DNA of 64,000 nucleotides from Opitutaceae bacterium (GTDB taxonomy: Bacteria > Verrucomicrobiota > Verrucomicrobiia > Opitutales > Coraliomargaritaceae). The DNA lies in contig JBPOFY010000002.1 in the NCBI GenBank assembly GCA_051252375.1, positions 1 through 64,000 of the forward strand. Reading direction: 5' to 3'. Made by a program: the position numbers and the translations under genes. The first letter of the stretch is position 1. Every line of letters starts with the position of its first letter. The notes beneath the pieces were generated by a model. It did no database searches, was not told the DNA's origin, and saw only the letters and a program-made list of their open reading frames with translations. Shown piece after piece: positions 49,369-58,458 of this stretch.

Positions 49369-50763
49369 ATGACTGTCCAAAAAGAACTCAGCACCTACGA
49401 AAAAGCCCTAGCCATTAATTTGGACTTAGGGAAATATGGCGTCTTCGCCGAAATCGGCGCAGGCCAAGAAACGGCCAATTGGTTTTTCAGAGTCTCCGGG
49501 AGCGCTGGAACCGTAGCAAAAACGATTTCAGCCTATGATATGACGATGAGCGATGCCCTATACGGCAAAGCCAGCCGTTACGTTTCTGAAGAACGCTTAC
49601 AGGCAATGCTTCAGTATGAATACGACTTACTGGATCAACGGCTTTCGCCGGCACGGGCCGACGACACGACATTCTTTTCGTTTTGTAATACCGTTCGTGC
49701 CCGAGGCTATCAAGACTCCGGCGAATGCCATGGCTGGCTGGGAGTGCGTTTCCAACTAAAGCCAAACACCCCGCCATGTGAAATCGTCCTCCATCTTCGC
49801 TTGCTCGATGAAACAAATGCCGACCAGATGGATGCGCTCGGCAAAGTCGGCGTCAATTTGATCTATGCCGCATTTTACCATCGCGACAGCCTTCAGACAT
49901 TCGTCGAAACACTGAACGACGGACTGATCAACGGCCGCGTAGAAGTCGACATGTTGCGTTTTTCAGGAGAAGGCTTCCGCTATGTAGACAATCGCCTCTG
50001 CGCACTGCAGCTGGTGCAAAGTGGGCTATCTGATGCCGCCATGTTCAACAAACACGGTGAAGTCGTGCAAGCGGCCGACGCACTCTATAAACGCCCTATC
50101 ATGCTCCTGCGCGGCAGTTTCAATCCAGTGCTCAAATTGCATCTCGATATGATCGAGCAAGCTAGATCGGTATTTTCTAATGTGCTTTCAGCCGAGCAAA
50201 TGTCGCGTTCGATGGAACTCTGTGAAATTAGCACAAACAATTTACTACGCGATGGCACAGTCGACCACGAAGACTTCATCAATCGTGCAGATGCACTTCA
50301 AGCGCTCGACAAAACTGTACTCATTTCACGAAGCGCCGAATTCCACCGCATCGCCACCTATCTGAGTCGATATACGGAAGAACCAATCGCCATTATTCTC
50401 AGTATCGGCTTACTGAATGAACTCTTTAAAGACAAGTGGTCAGCCAATTTACCTGGCGGCATACTAGAATCGTTCGGAAGACTCTTCAAAAATAGCGTCC
50501 AACTTTTCGTCTACCCCTGGCACAACACGAAGAGCAAAGAGCTCGTCACCGCCGACAACTTTAAAGCGCCGAAAAATTGGCAGCACTTCTATCAACACTT
50601 AATTGAAAATAAGCGCATCCATGCAGTGGGTGTAGGTGATCCTTCACTACTATCAATGACCAGCCGAAAGACATTGGCCTTAATTGAATCTGGAGCTGAA
50701 GGATGGGAGAATTGGATACCCGAAGCTGCGCTCGAAATGGTGCACAGGCAATACAAGCGATAG
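49369..50763 (+). CDS. Conserved protein with C-terminal nucleotidyltransferase-like domain
   Basis: FAEIGAGQE, TVAKTISAYDM N-terminal block; LRGSFNPV...H resembles the HIGH-superfamily GxFxPxHxGH loop; no signal peptide. Confidence 0.6.
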   Translation: MTVQKELSTYEKALAINLDLGKYGVFAEIGAGQETANWFFRVSGSAGTVAKTISAYDMTMSDALYGKASRYVSEERLQAMLQYEYDLLDQRLSPARADDTTFFSFCNTVRARGYQDSGECHGWLGVRFQLKPNTPPCEIVLHLRLLDETNADQMDALGKVGVNLIYAAFYHRDSLQTFVETLNDGLINGRVEVDMLRFSGEGFRYVDNRLCALQLVQSGLSDAAMFNKHGEVVQAADALYKRPIMLLRGSFNPVLKLHLDMIEQARSVFSNVLSAEQMSRSMELCEISTNNLLRDGTVDHEDFINRADALQALDKTVLISRSAEFHRIATYLSRYTEEPIAIILSIGLLNELFKDKWSANLPGGILESFGRLFKNSVQLFVYPWHNTKSKELVTADNFKAPKNWQHFYQHLIENKRIHAVGVGDPSLLSMTSRKTLALIESGAEGWENWIPEAALEMVHRQYKR

Positions 50764-50782
50764 ATCGCTCGCCCCCAGCAAC

Positions 50783-52660
50783 TCAAGCCAACGATGGCTG
50801 ATACTCGGGGACGAATACTCGTATCATTTCTTTCACCTCGGCTACCGAACCTTTAGCGATCGTATCCTGCAGGCGCACGAATGCGACTTCAACAGACTGC
50901 CCTTGAGCTATCGGCGCAACAAATCGCAAAACTCGCTCATGCGAAGTGGCATGTAGCTCCTCACTTAAATGCTGCACTTCCTCATACAACTTTTCACCCG
51001 GCTGAAGACCTGTAAATACGATATCGATATCTACGCTTTCACGTAAGCCACTCAAAGCTATCATCTGGCGAGCAACATCGATGATCTTCACCGACTCTCC
51101 CATATTCAGCACGAAGATTTCGCCGCCTGAACCTTGTGTCGCACTTTCCAACACAAGTCCAACTGCCTCCTCGACAGTCATAAAGAAACGCGTCACTTCC
51201 GGATCTGTAACCGTTAACGGTCCACCCTCTGAAATTTGGCGTCGAAAAATCGGAATGACACTACCGGACGAACCTAATACGTTGCCAAACCTTACCGACA
51301 TGAACTGCGTTGTATTTCCTTCAGCACGTTGCTGCTCCATCAATGCAAGCTCTGCGAGCCGCTTACTCGCCCCCATCACACTTGTCGGATTAATCGCCTT
51401 ATCCGTAGAGATTAAAATAAACCGCTCTGTATTTGATTCACTTGCAATTTTAACCAATCCAGCCGTTCCGAAAAAATTATTCTTAAGCGCTTCTGCCGGT
51501 TGGTTTTCCATCAAGTTCACATGCTTGTGCGCCGCCGCGTGAAAAACGACCTGTGGTTGGCTAAGCGCAAATAAAGCCTTCATGTCGCTAGTTGAACAAA
51601 TATCCAAGACATGTGTTTCCACTGAAATGTCTTTCTGATCGCGCCCGAGTAGAACCTCTTGCTGTAAGTTAAAAATTGCGAGCTCTGCCTGATCAACACA
51701 GAGCAAACTGGCTGGTTGATAGTCCAATATCTGCTGGACTAACTCACGACCAATACTGCCCCCTGCCCCCGTCACGAGAACACGTTTCCCCGCCAACATA
51801 GAACGGATCTCCTCAGAGTGTAGATCTACGGGGTCACGCCCAAGTAAGTCTTCCAACTGAATCGGCCGCAGTTGCGAAATTTCGGCATGACCACTTACCA
51901 AATCGGTCAACGCGGGAACCGTATCCACTGCGAGCCCATTCGCCCGAGCAAGTTCAGCAACACTACGGAGGCGCTTCACCGACGCAGATGGGAAAGCTAT
52001 CACCACCTTTGTCGCCGAAAAACGCTTAGCCACTTTCGGCAACTCATCCACTTCATCCGCAACAAGAACTCCGTGCACATAACGTCCAATTTTCCGAGTG
52101 TCATCATCTAGAAATGCCACCGGCCGCATCCCTAAACGGGACTTATTCATCAAATCAGAACATAGCCCCGCACCAACTTCACCGGCCCCAACAATCAAGA
52201 CGTTCTCGACATCATCCGCCGACAACCAATCTTCTATTCCGCGACTCGACTTCACTCGCATCGCCACACGAAAGCCTCCAATCAACAAGAAATTCAGCAA
52301 GAAATCAGTTAGAATCACAGCGCGTGGCGGCACACCATCTCCCTTATAGACATACCACATGGATGTCAGGATCAGCGCACTGACCAACAATGAAGAAAAA
52401 AGTCGCATCGCATCTGGTAAGCGGAAATACGAAAGAATACTATCGAACTGCCCAAACCCAAACAAGAGCATCAATTGCAAGCCTGCGACCCACCAAAAGG
52501 TTTCGATACGATCCAAGGCATGGTGCGAAGGCACATCAAAATCAAAACGCATTTCATATGCGAGCGCATAGCTGAAAACCGTGATCAGCAAATAGAGCAG
52601 GCACAACGCCAGTGTTCTGAAATTAAAATAGCGTGCGATGTAAACAAGCTTCATGTCCAA
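50783..52660 (-). CDS. Nucleoside-diphosphate sugar 4,6-dehydratase (CapD/WbpM/PglF family)
   Basis: Four TMs, GAGGSIG, HAAAHKHV, STDKA, MGASK, RFGNVLGSSGSV. Confidence 0.95.
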   Translation of the reverse strand: MDMKLVYIARYFNFRTLALCLLYLLITVFSYALAYEMRFDFDVPSHHALDRIETFWWVAGLQLMLLFGFGQFDSILSYFRLPDAMRLFSSLLVSALILTSMWYVYKGDGVPPRAVILTDFLLNFLLIGGFRVAMRVKSSRGIEDWLSADDVENVLIVGAGEVGAGLCSDLMNKSRLGMRPVAFLDDDTRKIGRYVHGVLVADEVDELPKVAKRFSATKVVIAFPSASVKRLRSVAELARANGLAVDTVPALTDLVSGHAEISQLRPIQLEDLLGRDPVDLHSEEIRSMLAGKRVLVTGAGGSIGRELVQQILDYQPASLLCVDQAELAIFNLQQEVLLGRDQKDISVETHVLDICSTSDMKALFALSQPQVVFHAAAHKHVNLMENQPAEALKNNFFGTAGLVKIASESNTERFILISTDKAINPTSVMGASKRLAELALMEQQRAEGNTTQFMSVRFGNVLGSSGSVIPIFRRQISEGGPLTVTDPEVTRFFMTVEEAVGLVLESATQGSGGEIFVLNMGESVKIIDVARQMIALSGLRESVDIDIVFTGLQPGEKLYEEVQHLSEELHATSHERVLRFVAPIAQGQSVEVAFVRLQDTIAKGSVAEVKEMIRVFVPEYQPSLA

Positions 52661-52682
52661 TATCCTAAAGAAAAACCTGACG

Positions 52683-53792
52683 TTAAAAACAGGATCGCAC
52701 GATTGCGATCACTTCCTCTCGATCGACCTCACTAAGCGAAGAACCACTGGGTAAACACATCCCATGCTCATAAAGGCGTTCAGCGCAAGCACCACCGTAT
52801 GCACGACTATGCTCGAAAACCGGTTGCATGTGCAAGGGCTTCCAAATGGGGCGCGCTTCAATTCCTGCATCTCCCAAAGCCGCAATCACTTTGTTCCGAT
52901 CCGTGCCAGCCACCTCGGGATCAATAGTCAAGCAGGTCAGCCAATAATTTGGAGCGCCCTCCCCCGATATCGGCATCATCACCACACCAGAAAGTTCTGA
53001 AAATGACTGACTGTATATTTCGAAATGCGCACGACGCACGGCAATACGACGATCCAAGTCCGCCAACTGACTGATCCCTAAACCCGCGAGCACATTGCTC
53101 ATCCGATAATTATAACCGATCGCTTTATGCTCGTAGTGAGGCACTGGCTCCCTTGCCTGCGTCGCAAAGTATTCAGCTTCCTTGATCAACTGCTCATCAT
53201 CCGAAACCAACATACCACCAGCGGAAGTCGTGATGATTTTATTTCCATTAAAGGAGAAAAAACTCAGCTCCCCCATTGAACCAGCTGGACGCCCACGATA
53301 GCTAGCACCCAATGCTTCAGCAGCATCCTCGATCAATGGCACTTTGTAGCGTTGGCAAAGCTCCAGAATGGCATCCATTTCGGCACATTGACCATAGAGA
53401 TGAACCACTATCACCGCGCTGCCCCCCCCCTCCTGCTCAAGGGCTTGCTCGAGAAGCACGGGGTCCATGTTCCATGTTCGCGGCTCACTATCCACAAAGA
53501 TAGGCTCCGCCCCTAAATAACAGATCGGATTGGCACTAGCCGCGAAGGTTAAACTCGGACAAATCACCTTATCCCCTGCCCCAACACCTAAGACTTTTAA
53601 AGCCAAATGCAGCGCTGCCGTCCCGGAGTTCAACGCAACAGCATACTTCCTCCCACTGCGCCCCGTAATCTCTGTTTCAAACTCCTTGAGGTGTGGCCCT
53701 GCAGGCGCCACCCAATTCGAAGTCAGAACAGCACCCACACTGGCATGGTCCAGTGCGCTGATATCTGGAGGTGATAAGTAAATACGGGGCAT
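52683..53792 (-). CDS. DegT/DnrJ/EryC1/StrS aminotransferase (PglE-like)
   Basis: SGTAALH, EDAAEALG, SFNGNKIITT, GYNYRMSN. Confidence 0.95.
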   Translation of the reverse strand: MPRIYLSPPDISALDHASVGAVLTSNWVAPAGPHLKEFETEITGRSGRKYAVALNSGTAALHLALKVLGVGAGDKVICPSLTFAASANPICYLGAEPIFVDSEPRTWNMDPVLLEQALEQEGGGSAVIVVHLYGQCAEMDAILELCQRYKVPLIEDAAEALGASYRGRPAGSMGELSFFSFNGNKIITTSAGGMLVSDDEQLIKEAEYFATQAREPVPHYEHKAIGYNYRMSNVLAGLGISQLADLDRRIAVRRAHFEIYSQSFSELSGVVMMPISGEGAPNYWLTCLTIDPEVAGTDRNKVIAALGDAGIEARPIWKPLHMQPVFEHSRAYGGACAERLYEHGMCLPSGSSLSEVDREEVIAIVRSCF

Positions 53793-53924
53793 AGTATGGT
53801 GTATGTCTAAGCATACGCGGTATTGAATTCGATCATATTTTCACCATATCCCAGATTGCGAATCAGATAGCTCACTCCCATCGTTTTATAATGACAAGCC
53901 GCCCACTCTTTATAGACTAAATGT

Positions 53925-54278
53925 ATGGTCAAAAATGTTCACAATATTATCCCTGAAGTCGCCGAATCCGTGCGCGGAGGCAATGGCACTGTTTACGCAC
54001 ACAAGTTATTAGATTTCTTCCCAGGCAGCGCCATCAAAAGCGTGGGCGTCGTTCGCCTAGAGCCAGGTGCCACCATCGGAGCGCACTCACATCATGGGGA
54101 TGAAGATTTCTACTACTGCATTTCCGGCACAGGTGTCGTCGTCGATAACGAGGTGGAACACCCCTTTACTCCAGGCACCTTACAAATCACTCGCGATGGC
54201 GAAACCCAAGCCATACGTAATACCGGTGAGACGGAACTCGTGTTCCTCGGCGCGTTGGTCGCCAACATTTCTGAATAA
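53925..54278 (+). CDS. Cupin domain protein
   Basis: IGAHSH..ED.YY..SGTG, ..IRNTG pattern. Confidence 0.85.
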   Translation: MVKNVHNIIPEVAESVRGGNGTVYAHKLLDFFPGSAIKSVGVVRLEPGATIGAHSHHGDEDFYYCISGTGVVVDNEVEHPFTPGTLQITRDGETQAIRNTGETELVFLGALVANISE

Positions 54279-54283
54279 TCGCC

Positions 54284-55108
54284 CTAGAAAAAAGGGTTGT
54301 GCGCCAACTCTTCTCCCACAGTCGTCATCGGTCCATGCCCAGGGCATAAGACTGTCTCTGCAGGTAAACTCAGGATTTGTTCACGGTTATTCTTCAATGC
54401 CGCGCGATATCCTTGCTGTGTCCCTCCTTGGGAAAGGCAAAAAAGCGAGTCCCCCACCACGGCAACAGACTTCTCCAGACCACTCAGCACATAGGTCATA
54501 CCACCACGCGAATGCCCATTCGTAAGTCGAGCCTCAACGGACAAAGCACGAAATTGCAATACTTCACCCGCGCGAACTGCAGTCGCGTCCTGGTAAGGCT
54601 CTAACTCAGGGGCATACACTTGAGCACAACCAGTGGCCTCAAGAATGGCATCATACGCAGCAACATGATCGCGATGTGTATGCGTCAAAAACAGGGCCTT
54701 CAAGCTGAGCTGATGTGTCGTTAAATAATTTAAAACAGTCTCAGGGCACGCACCTGTATCAAACAGAATCGCCTCAGAGGTTTGCGGCACCGTCACGATA
54801 CAGCAGTTCACGCTCGCACCCTCATAAGCGGCGGCCGGAAAAGGCGTGTTTATAAACTCCAAACCTTTGATCTGCTGAATCTCAGGATACCACTCAGCCT
54901 TAGCCATTGAAACCAGTTTATCGGCATCCAATTTCAAAACAGAACCAATGGCACGCAAATGCTTCTCGTTAAAGTCACCAGACAACAGCGCGCGGACTTC
55001 CTGAATACTTAGATTCGATCTTACAGCCAATGCACCATGCCCGAGACGTTGCCCAACGGCAGACTTTCGCAACACATCATCAAAATTGTCTTCTATATTT
55101 ATTTGCAT
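54284..55108 (-). CDS. MBL-fold metallo-hydrolase with N-terminal helical extension
   Basis: THTHRDH, GHS, GDSLF, PGHGP.TTV..E...NPF. Confidence 0.9.
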   Translation of the reverse strand: MQINIEDNFDDVLRKSAVGQRLGHGALAVRSNLSIQEVRALLSGDFNEKHLRAIGSVLKLDADKLVSMAKAEWYPEIQQIKGLEFINTPFPAAAYEGASVNCCIVTVPQTSEAILFDTGACPETVLNYLTTHQLSLKALFLTHTHRDHVAAYDAILEATGCAQVYAPELEPYQDATAVRAGEVLQFRALSVEARLTNGHSRGGMTYVLSGLEKSVAVVGDSLFCLSQGGTQQGYRAALKNNREQILSLPAETVLCPGHGPMTTVGEELAHNPFF

Positions 55109-55236
55109 GTAAAATTATTGATACGGCTACCAGACGACTAAGCATACTAAAAAACGCTCTGATCAAAACGAATCATTGCCATCGACAATAAGCCCAACAG
55201 TAAAGGCGAAACACAAACACTCCACCATCGTCAGTG

Positions 55237-55743
55237 CTATTCGCCTTCAGTAGGCTTCGTCTCAGATGATTCCCCTCCGAACAAACCAAAAAATCTTTTT
55301 TTGGGAGGAGCGACTTCAACTTCAGGAATCACCTCTTCAATGGGTTCAGGATCAGGCTCTGGATCAGGTTCTGTTCGAACAGGCGCCTTAAGCGCATAAT
55401 GCTTGCGCAATGCATCCACCACCTTGCCGTAAAGCAGAGGCTTATGAAAATAGAGAAGATCATGTTCCTTTATCTGCTCGATATCACTACTCGTCAAACA
55501 ACCAGAAACAATCGCACACTTCATGTTTGGATAAGACTGCCTCAACTCGATGGCGAATTGAATACCCATACCATCCATCAAACGATGATCTGTAATCACA
55601 ATATCAATCTCTTTAGATTCATCCAAGAGAACAGCTCGCGCTTCATCAATACCCGCAACTGGATAGACCCGCCCGTGAACTCTCAATTGCTCCGCCGCAA
55701 TATCCATCAGTTCTTTTTCGTCTTCAATAAAGAGGATATTCAT
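55237..55743 (-). CDS. Response regulator receiver with Pro/Glu-rich tail
   Basis: FIEDE, ITDHRL.DG.G, VSG, KP. Confidence 0.85.
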   Translation of the reverse strand: MNILFIEDEKELMDIAAEQLRVHGRVYPVAGIDEARAVLLDESKEIDIVITDHRLMDGMGIQFAIELRQSYPNMKCAIVSGCLTSSDIEQIKEHDLLYFHKPLLYGKVVDALRKHYALKAPVRTEPDPEPDPEPIEEVIPEVEVAPPKKRFFGLFGGESSETKPTEGE

Positions 55744-55960
55744 CTCATGTACTTGTGTAATTCTGAACGTTTAAAGGTCATAAAATGCAGTAAACAAATT
55801 ACAATGACAACTCTGTAGTCATACAAAGAACACAGAATGCAAATATCCCATTCATAGAAACACCCTAACCTTTTGATTCGTAGACACTTTGAGTAAATGT
55901 TACTTTTCTGAAAGAAATCCCTTTACAGGCGCGAGCTTTCCACATTTATTCCCGCCTTCA

Positions 55961-56044
<84 letters not shown>

Positions 56045-56048
56045 TTCT

Positions 56049-56080
56049 AAAAGGTCGTCTCATTCGAGGCGGCCTTTTTT
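56049..56080 (+). terminator. Terminator after tRNA-Met
   Basis: AAAAGGTCGTCTC..GAGGCGGCCTTTTTT. Confidence 0.8.
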
Positions 56081-56130
56081 GTTGCCTTCAACTGGAAACG
56101 AAACGCCACCGCACCTAGCGTGGTTCACCC

Positions 56131-56182
56131 AAAGACGCTCTTTCGAGCGAGTTTGCAAAATAGTGGGGAGAGCCCGATTCGA
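56131..56182 (-). repeat. Degenerate copy of tRNA-Tyr 3' end plus terminator
   Basis: CGCTCTTTCGAGCG..AAAA..GTGG.GAGAGCC.GATTCGA matches 56297-56349, ~167 bp away. Confidence 0.75.
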
Positions 56183-56293
56183 TCATCCTTTGGATCAGTC
56201 CACTGGACACGCCTAAAAGCGACCCCCTCTACATCTCGCGAACGAGACTACGTCAAACCAGCACGGTTGTTCTTCACTTACGTCTCACACCAC

Positions 56294-56322
56294 AAAAAAA
56301 CCCGCTCTTTCGAGCGGGTTTT
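56294..56322 (-). terminator. Terminator after tRNA-Tyr
   Basis: AAAAAAACCCGCTC-TTTC-GAGCGGGTTTT. Confidence 0.85.
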
Positions 56323-56327
56323 AAAAG

Positions 56328-56413
<86 letters not shown>

Positions 56414-56535
56414 AAGGGGAAAGGCGTGGACTGTAGGAGTAAGTTCGTCGATGCCAAGTAATTTTTTAAAATTTCTTACGTGCATTCATTTGCGCCTTCT
56501 GTAATACAAATTTCAGCCGCAAGGAATCTTCCTCC

Positions 56536-58362
56536 GTGGCTTTTTTATTTTTAGAACCAGACATGAATGGCGACCGCTTTAGCCTGAACAACCTGCCCAA
56601 TTGGATGCGGGGGCGCTTTGATGATGCCCAGCGCTTTCTCATGTTGTGCGTCTGTGCTGGTGTGCTGTGTGGTTTGGTCGGAGTTAGCTTCCACCTCGCG
56701 ATTACCACCGTTTTCGACGGCCTATTTGGGCTCTATGCGAACCTCGGCATCTGGGCCTACCCGGCAATGGTCCTGTCGCCTGCCTTAGCGGGATTGATCG
56801 TGGGCTTGATGATTCGCTATGTGTCCCCCACTGCCAGCGGTTCGGGGATTCCACAAACCAAGGCGGCCTACTACCAGAATTTTGGTGTAATTAAGACTTC
56901 GGAGGCCTGCTGGCGCTTTATCATCGGCACTATCTCTGTCGGCATGGGCAACAGTCTAGGCCGTGAAGGACCAACCGTTCATATCTGTAGCGCCTTCTCC
57001 TCAAAGCTAGGTCGCCTCTTCGGCTTAGGTAAACTACGCGTTCAAGCCATGGTGCCGGTCGGCATGGGCGCTGGTATTTCGGCCGCATTCAATGCCCCGC
57101 TCTCGGCGATCACTTTCGTATTCGAGGAATTGTTCGACAATAATTTCAGCAGTAAAGCACTGGGCGGGATCTTGATTGCCGTCGTGGTGGCGGCAGTGGT
57201 GGAACGTAGCTTGTTAGGCGAGCACAGCGCGCTCCATGCCACTCGCGAGCTCTTCGAAACCTCTTGGTGGATGCTGCTCTGCCTAGCCCTAGGTCCCACG
57301 GCGGGGCTACTGGGTCACCTCTTTACATCCCTCTTACTCAGCCTCCGCGAACGCTTCAAACAATGGCAGCAATTCCCTTCTTGGATGAAACCTGCCATCG
57401 GTGGATTAAGCGTCGGACTCATGGGTATCACAGTTTGGCACTTCAGCGGCGGACTGAACGATGGCCACCATGGAGTCTTCAGTATCGGTTACGGAGATTT
57501 AAGTGATGCCCTCAATGGGCGCCTCGCATGGCAGATCCTGCTCTTACTTTTAGTCGGTAAATTTGTCGCGACCGCGGTCTGCTATGCCTCAGGTGCCAGT
57601 GGTGGTATTTTTGCTCCCGTCCTGTTCATCGGCAGTATGCTCGGCGGTCTCTTTGGTGTAATTGCGGTCAATACATTCGGGCTAGACCCATCCGTAGCGG
57701 CTGCGGCTGCCCTACTCGGCACAGGTGCTTTCTTTGCGGCGGTGATTCGATGCCCACTGACTTCGGTGCTCATTATTTTCGAAATGACGCAAAACTACTC
57801 GCTCATTTTGCCACTGATGATCGGTAACTTTTTGGCTTACTTGATCTCGGTCAAACTGCGCCAAATTCCAATCTACGACGCCCTATTACTTCAAGATGGC
57901 ATCAGCCTCAAAAAGCTGCCGGCTTATCGCGGCGAACAGGACTGGCGCAATTTGCCCATCAGCACGATTATGACTCACGACAGTCGCACCATATTGGGCT
58001 CGCTCACCGCAGAAGCTAACATGGAGCGCATAATCGCCGATGGTCATAAACACCATGGTTACCCGGTGATTCAAAGTGAAAGCGACCCGACCCTTCTCGG
58101 AGTGATCACTCACCACGAAATCGAGGAGATGATAGCCGACAACGATTCGAGTCTTATCGACGAGTGGATTGCCGAGCATAAGATTATTAGCGTGTATCCG
58201 GATGATTCCATTCGCGACGTAGCCAATACTTTAGTCATCAAAGACGTGCTTCAAGCGCCAGTCGTGAGCCGCAAGGATACCACGAAGCTGCTGGGCATCG
58301 TTACCTTGCACGACATTGCCCGGCAGCAAAACGCCATCGAAGAATCGATGGAACGTGAGTAG
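56536..58362 (+). CDS. ClC-family H+/Cl- exchange transporter with CBS pair
   Basis: GSGIP, GREGP, AFNAPL..FVFEE, GGIFAP, IYD; C-terminal CBS domains; start may be ATG 56563. Confidence 0.95.
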   Translation: MAFLFLEPDMNGDRFSLNNLPNWMRGRFDDAQRFLMLCVCAGVLCGLVGVSFHLAITTVFDGLFGLYANLGIWAYPAMVLSPALAGLIVGLMIRYVSPTASGSGIPQTKAAYYQNFGVIKTSEACWRFIIGTISVGMGNSLGREGPTVHICSAFSSKLGRLFGLGKLRVQAMVPVGMGAGISAAFNAPLSAITFVFEELFDNNFSSKALGGILIAVVVAAVVERSLLGEHSALHATRELFETSWWMLLCLALGPTAGLLGHLFTSLLLSLRERFKQWQQFPSWMKPAIGGLSVGLMGITVWHFSGGLNDGHHGVFSIGYGDLSDALNGRLAWQILLLLLVGKFVATAVCYASGASGGIFAPVLFIGSMLGGLFGVIAVNTFGLDPSVAAAAALLGTGAFFAAVIRCPLTSVLIIFEMTQNYSLILPLMIGNFLAYLISVKLRQIPIYDALLLQDGISLKKLPAYRGEQDWRNLPISTIMTHDSRTILGSLTAEANMERIIADGHKHHGYPVIQSESDPTLLGVITHHEIEEMIADNDSSLIDEWIAEHKIISVYPDDSIRDVANTLVIKDVLQAPVVSRKDTTKLLGIVTLHDIARQQNAIEESMERE

Positions 58363-58405
58363 TTCGAAGAAGTAAGACAGATAGCGCAGCGCTACCCGCA
58401 GAGAC

Positions 58406-58439
58406 AAAAAGACCACGCACGGGCAAGCCATGCGTGGTC
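58406..58439 (-). terminator. Intrinsic terminator
   Basis: AAAAAGACCACGCA..TGCGTGGTC. Confidence 0.7.
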
Positions 58440-58458
58440 AGGAAATTTACTTTATATA

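Noticed and set aside
49369..50763. TonB-dependent receptor call
   Set aside because: No signal peptide, no amphipathic beta-strand pattern, no terminal Phe.
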